From an uncultured delta proteobacterium (GTDB lineage: Bacteria; Desulfobacterota; Syntrophorhabdia; Syntrophorhabdales; WCHB1-27), in the NCBI GenBank assembly GCA_963818095.1, contig CAWFRA010000027.1, positions 2,142-66,141 on the forward strand: a stretch of DNA of 64,000 nt. The letters are read 5' to 3'. Each line of letters begins with the position of its first letter. Within the stretch, counting starts at the first letter, position 1. A model generated the notes under the pieces. The model made no database searches. It was not told the DNA's origin and saw nothing but the letters and a program-made list of their open reading frames with translations. Of this stretch, positions 9,761 to 19,220 are shown piece after piece. The position numbers and the translations under genes are program-made.

Positions 9761-10480
9761 TCAATACCCCGCCCATATCTCCTGCTTGACCCTGGCCTTG
9801 TCTATCTGCATCTCATCGAGCATGGTTCTCATGCCGTCTACCATGACCGGGGGGCCGGCAAGATAATAGGTTGCCTCTGTCCAGTACGGGCACGCCTCTT
9901 TTATCGTGGCTGAAGTGAGACGTCCTGTCCGCCCCTCCCACTTCTGCGCAGACTGCTCCGGCCGCGTCATAGTGGCCACAACCTGCACCGAAGGGTCCTT
10001 CGAGGCGATTGCGTAGAATTCGTCGAGGAAAAGCGCCTCTTCAGGCACGCGGCTCGAATAGAAGAGCGTACCCTTGTGTCCCGTGCGGGCGTCGGCCGCG
10101 TAGCGAAGCATCGACCGGAAAGGGGCGATGCCCATGCCGCCGGCCAGGAAGCAAAGGGGCGTACTCAAATCCTGCGGCAAAGTGAACAGGCCCATCGCGC
10201 TCTCGATTTCGACCGCGCTCCCCTCCGCCATGTCGCGCAGCGTCCGCTTGAAGGCGCTCTCGCTCAGCCGGACCGTAAAGAGCAGGTCTTTTTCGAGCGG
10301 CGATGAGGCAAGGCTAAGCGGTCTTCGCAAGCCTCCCTCGTCGCCTATGCCGATATCGGGCGCGTGGACGTTGCAGAACTGTCCCGCCTGATAATCGAAC
10401 CCGGCAGGCCTTTCCAGCCGCAGGACCATCAATTGGCCCGCCTTTGCCTCCCTGCCAAGCACTTTTGCGCTATATTTCAT
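9761..10480 (-). CDS. ferredoxin-NADP reductase-type FAD/NAD(P)-binding oxidoreductase
   Basis: Start at MKYSAKV. RRPLSLASSP (RxYS-type FAD motif) and CFLAGGMGIAPFRSML (GGxGxxP nucleotide-binding motif). Confidence 0.75.
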   Translation of the reverse strand: MKYSAKVLGREAKAGQLMVLRLERPAGFDYQAGQFCNVHAPDIGIGDEGGLRRPLSLASSPLEKDLLFTVRLSESAFKRTLRDMAEGSAVEIESAMGLFTLPQDLSTPLCFLAGGMGIAPFRSMLRYAADARTGHKGTLFYSSRVPEEALFLDEFYAIASKDPSVQVVATMTRPEQSAQKWEGRTGRLTSATIKEACPYWTEATYYLAGPPVMVDGMRTMLDEMQIDKARVKQEIWAGY

Positions 10481-10698
10481 CGCCGCCTCCTTTGGCAATC
10501 GTTGAATTGCGAAATGCCGCCTGTATTCTTTAATAGCATTATAGTGGGCATGTGCGGCAACAGCAAGGATACCGCGGAAGCGGTCCCGCAGCGCCTCCAA
10601 AGACGCAGTTGGGGGATTTATCTTGATTACCTTCCGGCTCCCATGATAAAACCCCTGAAACCTAAAGAATCTAAAAGCAAGGAAGGAGGTCCTCCCGC

Positions 10699-11211
10699 AT
10701 GGGAATCAGGTATGAAGAAGTAACGGAAGACGTAAACAAGCTGCTCAAAGAGGTCGAGTCTAAATACTTCCCGGAGTTAAGGAACGCGAAGGTCATCACG
10801 CTCTTCGATCTGAAGAAACGCATGTCCGGCGGCCATCTCGTCCTCGGCCGCATCATGAGAACGAATGACCTGCTGAGGCACCTTACAAAGAACGAGGCGA
10901 TTGCGGTAGAAGGGTATGATTATATCGTCACCCTCGATAAGCAGGGATGGAACGCCATAGGCAACGATGACCGGATCAGGCTGTTGCGGCACGAGCTGCG
11001 CCACACCTATTTCGATATCGATTCAGAGTCGAACCCTTACAAGTTGATCGACCACAGCATATCCGACTTCTACGAAGAAGTTGAGCTGAACAAGGACGAT
11101 CCCCGATGGCGCGAGCGGGTGGCTACCGTAGTCTCGGACATTTACGAGCAGGAAAAAGAGGACAAGAAACACGAGAAGAATAAGGGCAAACGGAAAAAAG
11201 GACGGGATTAA
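10699..11211 (+). CDS. putative (phage-type) zinc metallopeptidase with K-rich tail
   Basis: 170 aa with a strong SD. HELRH (HExxH) after RIRLLR. Overall pattern recalls the 'putative phage metallopeptidase' family (from memory). Visibly more A/T-rich than its neighbours. Confidence 0.5.
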   Translation: MGIRYEEVTEDVNKLLKEVESKYFPELRNAKVITLFDLKKRMSGGHLVLGRIMRTNDLLRHLTKNEAIAVEGYDYIVTLDKQGWNAIGNDDRIRLLRHELRHTYFDIDSESNPYKLIDHSISDFYEEVELNKDDPRWRERVATVVSDIYEQEKEDKKHEKNKGKRKKGRD

Positions 11212-11265
11212 GCTGCCGGTCGCGTAAACCGTAGCGACCCGATAAGATGGTGGGCGGTCGAAAGC

Positions 11266-11475
11266 CTAGGAGCGGCCGGCCGCCCTTGCAGCGCGCTCTT
11301 CCACGCTGCTCCGGGACCACTTGCTGCTGCCGGGTTTGCAGCCTGCGTGGCGCCATAGCCCCTGCCCTACGCAGACGCCTTTGTTCGCCCGTATCCTTCG
11401 GCAGCAGACGTAGCAGGTGTCGCCCTTGAACTCTTCGAAAAGCGTATCCTGGAAATATCTATTTTTCACGCCCAA
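11266..11475 (-). CDS. small Cys-rich hypothetical protein
   Basis: TTG start preceded by GAGGTGG. CYVCC...x12...WRHAGC suggests a small zinc-binding fold. No family recognised. Confidence 0.35.
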   Translation of the reverse strand: MGVKNRYFQDTLFEEFKGDTCYVCCRRIRANKGVCVGQGLWRHAGCKPGSSKWSRSSVEERAARAAGRS

Positions 11476-11566
11476 TAATACCCACCTCTTCCGCCTGATT
11501 GCAAGGTTTTTTCAATAGATAACTGCTCTTTGTGCAGAGGGCGCGGTACTGCTTTATTTTTATGAT

Positions 11567-12640
11567 ATGCCGATTGACGGGGGCTGGGCGGAGGCGAAAA
11601 ACCTGCTTGCCATGAGGCTGGATAACATCGGCGACGTCATAATGGCGGGCCCGGCCCTGCGCACAGTCAAAGAGGCGCTCCCCGATGCGCGCCTCACGCT
11701 TATGGCGAGCCCGGCAGGCGCAGGCGCGGCCGCCCTCCTGCCCTGGATCGACGACATCCTTGTCCGGCGCGTCGTGTGGCAGGACCTCGGGCGGCTCTCC
11801 TTCGACCCGGCGAGGGAATGGAACCTGATAAAGTCGCTCGAAGCAGGCAGGTTCGACGGCGCCATCATTTTCACGAGCTTCAGCCAGTCCCCTCATCCGG
11901 CAGGGCTGGCCTGCCTGCTGGCCGGCATCCCCCTTCGCCTCGGCTCTTCAAAGGAGACTGCCCCCGGCATACTGACAGCCGCAGTCCCGTCCCCGCCCGA
12001 CTGCCTGCATCAGGTCGACAGGAACATAGGGCTTATTGAGGCGGTAGGTTTTCACGCCCGTAACCGCGACCTTTCGATTCAGACGGCCGGATGCTCCATA
12101 GCTGCGGTGGAGCGGCTATTGTATGGCTCCGGGCTTGCGGCCGACGAGCCTTACCTTCTCGTAAACCCGTTCGCGAGCGCCCAGGCGCGGACGTACCCGA
12201 TGGGGCGCCTCGTCAGTGCGGCATCCGGGCTTGCGGAGGCGACGGGCCTGCGGCCTGTCGTGACGGGGACGGAAGGGGAAAAGGAGCGGGCGACGAGGAT
12301 CGCGGAGGCAATCGGCTACCGGGCGGTCAACATTGCGGGGATGACGACGGTAGGCGAGCTTGCATGCCTGGTCGAAGGGGCAGCCCTGCTGTTGACGAAC
12401 AACACCTCGACCATGCACATTGCGGACGCCTGCGGAACGCCCGCTGTTATCCTGTACTCAGGCACGGAGCTTGAATCGCAATGGCGTCCGCGCAAGGCGC
12501 CCCACAGGCTGCTGAGCAGGGCCGTGCCGTGCAGTCCGTGTTACGCTTTCACGTGCCCGTCAGGCCTCGAATGCCTCGATGTCCCGCCCGAAGAGGTTAT
12601 CCGCGCCGGTCTTGAGCTTCTTTCTACCGCACTGCGCTAG
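11567..12640 (+). CDS. glycosyltransferase family 9 (heptosyltransferase-like)
   Basis: MRLDNIGDVIMAGPALRTVKEALPDARLTLMASP N-terminus and LLTNNTSTMHIADACGTPAVILY C-terminal motif typical of GT9. Confidence 0.8.
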   Translation: MPIDGGWAEAKNLLAMRLDNIGDVIMAGPALRTVKEALPDARLTLMASPAGAGAAALLPWIDDILVRRVVWQDLGRLSFDPAREWNLIKSLEAGRFDGAIIFTSFSQSPHPAGLACLLAGIPLRLGSSKETAPGILTAAVPSPPDCLHQVDRNIGLIEAVGFHARNRDLSIQTAGCSIAAVERLLYGSGLAADEPYLLVNPFASAQARTYPMGRLVSAASGLAEATGLRPVVTGTEGEKERATRIAEAIGYRAVNIAGMTTVGELACLVEGAALLLTNNTSTMHIADACGTPAVILYSGTELESQWRPRKAPHRLLSRAVPCSPCYAFTCPSGLECLDVPPEEVIRAGLELLSTALR

Positions 12641-13999
12641 CCTTCAATCTCTTTCCGAGGACGACGGAGGTGTTTATCTGGCGGTCGGGTATGTCCCAGT
12701 ACCGCTTCAATAGCTCATCTTTATCCGGCCGCAGCTCGTATCCGTGGCTGCGGTAAAAATCTATCGCCCACCATGCTGCCTGCCACGTGCCGACCAGCAC
12801 CCACTCCGTATCGACCTGCCTCTCGATGAGGTCGAGCAGTTTTGCGCCGATGCCTTTCCTCTGAGCGGCCGGCGCCACGTAAGCGTGGCGTATGAGCGTG
12901 ACGTCCAACACGTGCTCTCTGGCCATCACGCCGAAAAGCTCCATATCCTTCCGGAACGCCGTAGAAGCGCATGCGCTTCATTTCTTCGCGCACCTCTTCC
13001 ATCGGCATGTACGGCTCGTGCCATCTGTCGTCCGGTATGACGCCCCTGTACTTTTCGGCCGCTGCGTTGACTACCCCGAATATCTCGTCTGCGTCCCGGA
13101 CCTCGAACATCCCCTCTTTCCAGAAACCGAAGAGGTCGTAAGCGTTCCTGAAGCCGATGTTGTGCATCGCTTCCTCGTCTGCGATGAGCGAGGCGAGGAC
13201 GTCGTAATTCTTCCTTATGCCGGGGACGCCGGGGAAATCGGAACCGAAAAGGAACTTGGAGCTGAACTTGCGCATAGACGGGAAATATTCGAGGAGCTTA
13301 CCCGGCGGAAGGCCGGAGACGTCGATATAGACGTTCTCGAACTTCTTTGCAAGGAATTCCGCTATGTGGAACCAGAACGCCCTGCCGCCGTGGCACAGCA
13401 CGATTTTGAGGTCTGGGAAATCGTTTATGACGTCGTCGAACGTATACGGGTCTGCGTAGCGCATCTTGCAGCCGGAAAAAAGACTGGTGCCTGCATGGAA
13501 CATGACTACGAGGCCCTCTTTCATGCAGCGCTCGTAAACCGGGTAGAGCCGCTCGTCGTTCGCGTAGAAGAACCCGTGGATGGGGTGGACCTTGAGGCCC
13601 CTCGCCCCCAGGGCTATCTGCTCGTCGAACTCAGCCATCAAATCGCCGTGGAGGTTGGGGTTCAGGAAGGCCAGGGGAACAAGCTCGGGATGGTAGAGGT
13701 TTATCTCGGCTGCCCGCTCGATAGGCATCAGCCCGGCGGTTTGCGGCGAATATTCAGGCAGCAGTATACCCGCCCAGGCCTCTTCTTTTATTACGTCACC
13801 GTAGGCTTGCGGCACCTGCCTTTGCTCTGCGTCGAAAAGCCTCGGTACGTAAGGCCCTATGTCCATCCAGACGGCCTGCGCCCTCTCGCGTCCATTCGAA
13901 CCTGTGGCCTACGTGAAGGTGCATATCGATGATACGGTTCGGAATCACTTTCCCCCCCTTGCCCCGCCGCCTCTTTTCCTTTACTATTATATACTGCAC
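12624..13999 (-). pseudogene. amidohydrolase (metal-dependent, PF04909-like) fused in frame to a GNAT acetyltransferase; frameshifted as assembled
   Basis: IIDMHLHV (HxH) ... GLKVHPIHGF ... VMFHAG ... VLCHGG ... LFGSDFP, then MFEVRDADE...IRHAYVAPAAQRKGIGAKLL (GNAT Q/RxxGxG/A). Frame changes ~13868 and ~12945. Confidence 0.7.
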
Positions 14000-14019
14000 G
14001 AAGCAAGTGAGTTAAAAAT

Positions 14020-14799
14020 ATGCGAGAATTTAAAATGGCAACAGCGGTCCTTATGGCGGCTTTCGTTTTTATCCTTGCAGCAAGAACGGGACGGGCGGGC
14101 GTTCACGTCGATCCGGGCGTGGTAGACGAGATGAGGCGCATCGAGTTTGCGCAGATAGACTATGACGACGAGGCGACGCCGTATTACGGCTACATAAAGG
14201 GCTCGATCCCGGTGCTGATTTCCGCGCCCCACGGGGCCAAGCATTACCGCGCAGCCGAAGGCGCATGGAGGAAAGAAGACGCCTATACCGCTTCCCTCGC
14301 CATCGTGCTCGGCAGGCTTACCGGGGCCCACGTTCTTTATGTGAAGAACAAGACGACGGAAGACCCGAACAATGACACGGACACGCAATACAAGGAGTTT
14401 CTCAAGAAAACGATAAAGAAGAACCATATCAGGTTCGTCCTCGACCTCCACGGGGCTGCGCCCGGCCGGTCGAAGGTCGATATAGGGATAATGGACAACG
14501 CGTCTTCCCTGTGCTCTTGTCCCACCTTCAGGGGCTGCCTGGAAGATGCCTTCACGGGCTTCGAGCCTAAGCTTTTCAACCAGAATTTCGCCGCTAAGGG
14601 CGCGGGTACGGTCACCTTCTTCTGCAGGAATGACCTCGGCATAGAGGCGGCGCAGGTCGAGATCAACGCCAATTACAGGATAGTCGAGGGCAAGACGAGC
14701 GGCTTCAAGGCAGACCCGGAAAAAGTCCGGGAGCTGATCGAAAGGCTCCGCGACGCCATAGAGGCCGTCAACGGGCGGCTGCGGACAACCTCCTCCTGA
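14020..14799 (+). CDS. secreted N-formylglutamate amidohydrolase (FGase)-family-like protein
   Basis: Signal-like N-terminus (MATAVLMAAFVFILAA). VLISAPHGAKH and FVLDLHG metal-ligand-like motifs as in FGase / zinc-carboxypeptidase-fold hydrolases. Assignment tentative. Confidence 0.55.
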   Translation: MREFKMATAVLMAAFVFILAARTGRAGVHVDPGVVDEMRRIEFAQIDYDDEATPYYGYIKGSIPVLISAPHGAKHYRAAEGAWRKEDAYTASLAIVLGRLTGAHVLYVKNKTTEDPNNDTDTQYKEFLKKTIKKNHIRFVLDLHGAAPGRSKVDIGIMDNASSLCSCPTFRGCLEDAFTGFEPKLFNQNFAAKGAGTVTFFCRNDLGIEAAQVEINANYRIVEGKTSGFKADPEKVRELIERLRDAIEAVNGRLRTTSS

Positions 14800-14803
14800 T
14801 AAC

Positions 14804-15940
14804 TTAAACCATAGGCTCCGGCGGCCCCATCTCCTCCCGCCGGGACGATATCTGCAACATGCGGAACCCCCACTCGGAGCGGGAAAAGACGAAGAGGCCC
14901 GCGATTATCACGAAAAGGACGCACCCGGCCAGCCATTTGTTGTAGTGCTTCTCGATGTATATGGACCCCTGGCCGACCGGAGGCATCGTCGCCGGCGTGA
15001 TCGGCAGGCCGTACATGCGGGCGAGCCGCTTGATGTCGTAAATCTGTATGACGGGTATGCGCTCCCTGAGGAACCGCGCTATCAACGAATCGCCCCGCAC
15101 GTTTTCGGGCAGGTCGGAAGCCAGGAGGCCGGGCTTCAAAAGCACCTTGAACGCCTTTGCCCCCGCTGCCGCGCGCCCTCCCCCTACATTGATATAGGCC
15201 TTCGGCGGGTCCTTCCTGAAATAGACCGCCATCCTCTGGTCGATATCCTCATGGAGCGTCTTTGCCACGATCAACGGCAGGCCGTTCCTCGCGGCTGCGT
15301 CGCGCACTATGCTCCGGCCCCTTTCGCTCATCTCCCGGCCTTCGTCGTGCCTCCCCCCGAAAGAGGCGGCCTCCGAGCGGAAGGGGAAGACGCCCCGGCC
15401 CTGAAGGAGGCGCTCCATATCTATCCAGAGGAAGTCCGGGTCGTTCGCCCCCCACTGGGAGGCGCCTACCGACGAGATGATCGCAGGCTTCAGCTTGAGC
15501 GTCCTTATTGCAGCATAGACTGCGATGTTGAGGGCGGGAAATGACCCTGAAAAGCTGACTGCCACGTGGTCGCCCTCTTTCACCTTCGCCTGGCGCAAAA
15601 GGTCGACGATGACTGCTGCGAAGTTCGGGTTTACCGAAGTCTGCTTCGCCTCCAGGTCGCCCGGCTCGGTCGTGACCGGCGTAACATACGATCCGATCAG
15701 GCCCGAGCCCGCCGGGTCGGCCTCCGCGTCAGCAGTAAGCCCTTTGCGCGTCCGCTCGTTCTTTATGGTCTCCATTGCCGCAAGGGCGAGCCGGGCGGCT
15801 TCTATTTTCTCCCCGTAAGCCGGCCTTCTTTCCTCCACTTTGTACCGCTCGACTGCAAGGACGCCCGCGAGCGAGAACAGGGCTATGAGAATAAAGGCGA
15901 AAAGGGGCGTGCTCTGCGGCCTCCAATAGATTTTTTTCAT
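14804..15940 (-). CDS. poly-gamma-glutamate system accessory protein (PgsA-replacing family, tentative)
   Basis: 378 aa with N- and C-terminal TM helices. Overlaps the pgsC stop by 4 nt. From memory it resembles the 'poly-gamma-glutamate system protein' family found only with pgsB/pgsC. The call rests mainly on context. Confidence 0.6.
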   Translation of the reverse strand: MKKIYWRPQSTPLFAFILIALFSLAGVLAVERYKVEERRPAYGEKIEAARLALAAMETIKNERTRKGLTADAEADPAGSGLIGSYVTPVTTEPGDLEAKQTSVNPNFAAVIVDLLRQAKVKEGDHVAVSFSGSFPALNIAVYAAIRTLKLKPAIISSVGASQWGANDPDFLWIDMERLLQGRGVFPFRSEAASFGGRHDEGREMSERGRSIVRDAAARNGLPLIVAKTLHEDIDQRMAVYFRKDPPKAYINVGGGRAAAGAKAFKVLLKPGLLASDLPENVRGDSLIARFLRERIPVIQIYDIKRLARMYGLPITPATMPPVGQGSIYIEKHYNKWLAGCVLFVIIAGLFVFSRSEWGFRMLQISSRREEMGPPEPMV

Positions 15941-16398
15941 ACTGCGAGCCTCGCGCCGAATGCGATGATAAGGATGAGCCGGACGACGACCGAGGCGGTG
16001 ATGAGCGAGCAGAGAGACTCCACTACGCCCCTGCGGTCGAGCCAGACTGCGATAAGGCCGGGTATGATGAAGCCTACGACTGCATGCTCGCCCAGTATCT
16101 CGGGCGTGCCGCCGGCGTGGATGAAATAGCGGGCAATCAGGCCCGTCAGGTAGCCGGCCAGTATCATGAGCACGGTCCTGCGCCTGCCGTAAACGATGAG
16201 AACGGACGAGAGCGCCCGCACGAGCACGAAGGCCGCGAGGCCCGCGAGGATCGTTACGCCGACCGTCAGGGGCTCGGTCAGGTGAAGGGCGAGGTAGCCG
16301 GGTACGACCAGGCCTCCCCCGGCGATCCCCAGAAACTCGGACAACATCAGGCTGACACCCAGGCCTATGCCGATGGAGACCGATAGCAGGTCCATCAT
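15937..16398 (-). CDS. pgsC: poly-gamma-glutamate biosynthesis membrane protein PgsC/CapC
   Basis: 153 aa polytopic. LSEFLGIAGGGLVVPGYLAL ... GFIIPGLIAVW matches CapC/PgsC. 4-nt overlaps on both sides. Confidence 0.85.
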   Translation of the reverse strand: MMDLLSVSIGIGLGVSLMLSEFLGIAGGGLVVPGYLALHLTEPLTVGVTILAGLAAFVLVRALSSVLIVYGRRRTVLMILAGYLTGLIARYFIHAGGTPEILGEHAVVGFIIPGLIAVWLDRRGVVESLCSLITASVVVRLILIIAFGARLAV

Positions 16399-17609
16399 GC
16401 CACCTCCTTGCGCGGCGCTTCCCTTGGCGCGCTCCTGTTCAGGAAGAAACGGGCCAGGCTAAGCCCCCGGCCCTTCGTGTTCCCCATGCCGACGACTACG
16501 GCCGACCTGCCCATCTGCTCGAGGATGATCTCGAAGATGTCGGCCTCGCTATCCCGCTCGACTGCCGTCATTTTCTTGAGGGACATGCCTTCCGCCATGG
16601 CCGACTTGAGAAAAAGATATGTCGCGGAGCCCATGAGCAGGTAGTTGTCGGCAGGCCGCCAGTGGACGCAGGCCCGGCCCAATTGCTGGGAGCGGGTCGG
16701 ACGGTCCGCCCGGCAGTTGAAGATCGCTATCCGCCTTTCGACATCAGGGAAGCGGTCGAGGGCCATGTTCCATATCTGTTCCGTAGATTGGGGGTCGTTC
16801 GCTGCAAAGGCGTTGACGAAATAGATGTCCCGCCCGAAAAAGCGGATATGGGAGACTGTCATGACGCCGGGGTCCGCGGGCGCCTTCCACATACCTGCCA
16901 GCGCAAGGTTGCGCTCGATGCCGAGGTCCGTGCAGACGCGCAGGGCGAGGGCTACGTTCTCCTTGTGCTCGACGTACAAGAACTGCTCCATCTCTTTGTC
17001 GGTGACGGCAGCCACTTCCTCCGGTCCGACGGAGATAAGCGTGCTGTCCCTGTCCGCTGCCGCTTTCCGGAAGACTGTGAGCCTATTGACCTCTGCAGTG
17101 AACAGCTTGCCGCCTATAGGGACGGTGCCTGCAAGGGCCAGGGCTACGTCGTTCTCCGTCGGCCCCATCACGTCCAGGTGGTCAGGCCTGGCGTTCGTAA
17201 TGACCCCGTGGGTCGATTTGAGGAACCGTGACTCGCTGAGCCACTGGAGGTGCGGCTGGAGGGCCATGCATTCGACGACGATGGCCCTTGCGCCGTAGTT
17301 CATGGCAGTCGCTATGATGCGCACCTGCTCGATCACGTTGGCGCCCGAAGGCCGGAACACCGGGTATTCGGAGGCGTCCGGAAGGATCATGCGGGCAAGC
17401 GTACCCGTGGTCTTTGCGCACGTCCTGATGCCTCCCGCCCGGAGGCCCCCGGCGATGAGCCGCGTGACGCTCGATTTGCCGCGCGTCCCGTTCACGTGGA
17501 TGCGGATAGGTATCTTCGACAGGTTGTGCCTGTGCAGCATCGCCTCTAAGAGGCCGAGCGCAACGAGGACGACAAAAACGAGGAGGGGCACAACAAGCAT
17601 GATGGACAC
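16395..17609 (-). CDS. pgsB: poly-gamma-glutamate synthase PgsB/CapB (Mur-ligase-like amide ligase)
   Basis: N-terminal TM, then IHVNGTRGKSSVTRLIAGGL (GTRGKS P-loop), VVECMAL, ITNARPDHLDVMG. Confidence 0.9.
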   Translation of the reverse strand: MSIMLVVPLLVFVVLVALGLLEAMLHRHNLSKIPIRIHVNGTRGKSSVTRLIAGGLRAGGIRTCAKTTGTLARMILPDASEYPVFRPSGANVIEQVRIIATAMNYGARAIVVECMALQPHLQWLSESRFLKSTHGVITNARPDHLDVMGPTENDVALALAGTVPIGGKLFTAEVNRLTVFRKAAADRDSTLISVGPEEVAAVTDKEMEQFLYVEHKENVALALRVCTDLGIERNLALAGMWKAPADPGVMTVSHIRFFGRDIYFVNAFAANDPQSTEQIWNMALDRFPDVERRIAIFNCRADRPTRSQQLGRACVHWRPADNYLLMGSATYLFLKSAMAEGMSLKKMTAVERDSEADIFEIILEQMGRSAVVVGMGNTKGRGLSLARFFLNRSAPREAPRKEVA

Positions 17610-17743
17610 TTTATGAAAATGTAAGACGAGAAGCAGGGCTGTGCAATCGGCGAATCCCCCGGCCGTCCGGACACGAAGGAGGCCTTAAAACGTCTTGTGT
17701 TTCCGCGCGTCCGGTTGTAATATTGTCTCAGGGGGGGATCCCT

Positions 17744-18774
17744 ATGAAGGCGGGCATTGTCAGGGATAATATCTATCTGCAGCACATAACGGATGATTTT
17801 CACCCGGAGAACCCGAGGCGCCTGACCTCGATCTACGGGATGCTCGATAAGATGGACCAGACGGGCCTTGTCCCCGTGGCTGCCAGGCCTGCCACAATGG
17901 AAGAGCTGGCAGCGGTCCACGATAAATCATACGTCGAGATGATCTGCGGCACGAAGGGGAGGGTACAGACCCGGCTCGACCCCGACACGGTCGCATCGCC
18001 CAGGTCCTACGAGGCTGCCTGCATGGCCGCCGGCGGGTACCTTGCGCTTATCGACGCCGCCATGTCGGGAAAGATCGACAACGGCTTCGCGCTCGTCAGG
18101 CCGCCCGGACATCACGCGGAGTCGGGGAGGTCGATGGGTTTCTGCATTTTCAACAACATTGCCGTCGGAGCCCGGTACCTGGAAAAGAAGTACGGCCTGA
18201 GCCGCATACTCATCGTCGATTACGACATCCATCACGGGAACGGTACCCAGCACAGTTTTTACGACGACCGGACGGTCCTCTACGTCTCCACGCACCAGTA
18301 CCCTTACTACCCTGGGACGGGATGGTACGATGAGGTGGGCGCGGGCGACGGTAAGGGCTACACGGTCAATATACCCTTCACCTACGGGATGCACGACGCA
18401 GATTACCTGCATGCCTTCACGGAGATCGTCGGGCCGGTGAGCCGGCAGTTCAAGCCGGAGATCGTGCTCGTTTCGGCCGGGTTCGACATCCACGGCAGCG
18501 ACCCGCTGGGCGGCATGGCCGTCACGGAGCGCGGCTTCGCGGGAATGACCAAGATGCTCATGGAGATAGCGGCGGAATGCTGCGGCGGGAAGATGCTGCT
18601 TACCCTCGAAGGGGGCTACGATGTAGCCGCCCTTGCCAATTCCGTGAGGGCCGTTATCATGGAGATGAAGGGTACGCCCGTCTATATGGCGGATGAGGGG
18701 ACGAGGCGTCGGCTGCCGGAAAGCAGGCCGTCTCAGCGGCGAAAGAGGCGATCAAGCCTTACTGGAAGTTTTAG
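17744..18774 (+). pseudogene. histone deacetylase-family (AcuC/acetylpolyamine amidohydrolase-like) deacetylase, C-terminal frameshift as assembled
   Basis: HPENPRRL, RPPGHHAE, DYDIHHGNGTQ, EGGY motifs. A -1 change in a G-run ~18700 restores ...EASAAGKQAVSAAKEAIKPYWKF with stop 18772-18774. Confidence 0.8.
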
Positions 18775-19049
18775 CCTTTCCAGATTGTCTCCTTCAGCTC
18801 TTTGCCTACCTTGAAATAGGGAAGTTTTTTCTGCGGCACGTCTACGATCTCGCCGTTCTTCGGGTTCCTGCCCTTGTATGATTTGTAAGAGCGCAGGGAA
18901 AAGCTGCCGAAACCTCTTATCTCAACTCTTTCCCCTTCCACGATCGCCTTCTTGATGCTATCTATAATGGTATCAACCACTATCTTTGCAACTTTCTGGT
19001 TGAGAGGGATCTGCTCCGAGAGTTGATTGACTATATCGATCTTGTTCAT
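18771..19049 (-). CDS. integration host factor beta-like / HU family protein
   Basis: 92 aa. RGFGSFSLRSYKSYKGRNPKNGEIVDVPQKKLPYFKVGKELKE. Confidence 0.8.
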   Translation of the reverse strand: MNKIDIVNQLSEQIPLNQKVAKIVVDTIIDSIKKAIVEGERVEIRGFGSFSLRSYKSYKGRNPKNGEIVDVPQKKLPYFKVGKELKETIWKG

Positions 19050-19220
19050 TACCGAACCTCCTCCACTGCCTGTTTATGGTCCAATACACACCGTCCGTAG
19101 GGACGATGCTGCACCCTCGCAAGGGTGCCTTACCCCCCCTTATGGGCGAGGAGGTAAATTCTATCTATATATCTCATCAAGATGCAAGAGGAAAATGCGT
19201 TTGTGCCCCGGTTTTTTCTT

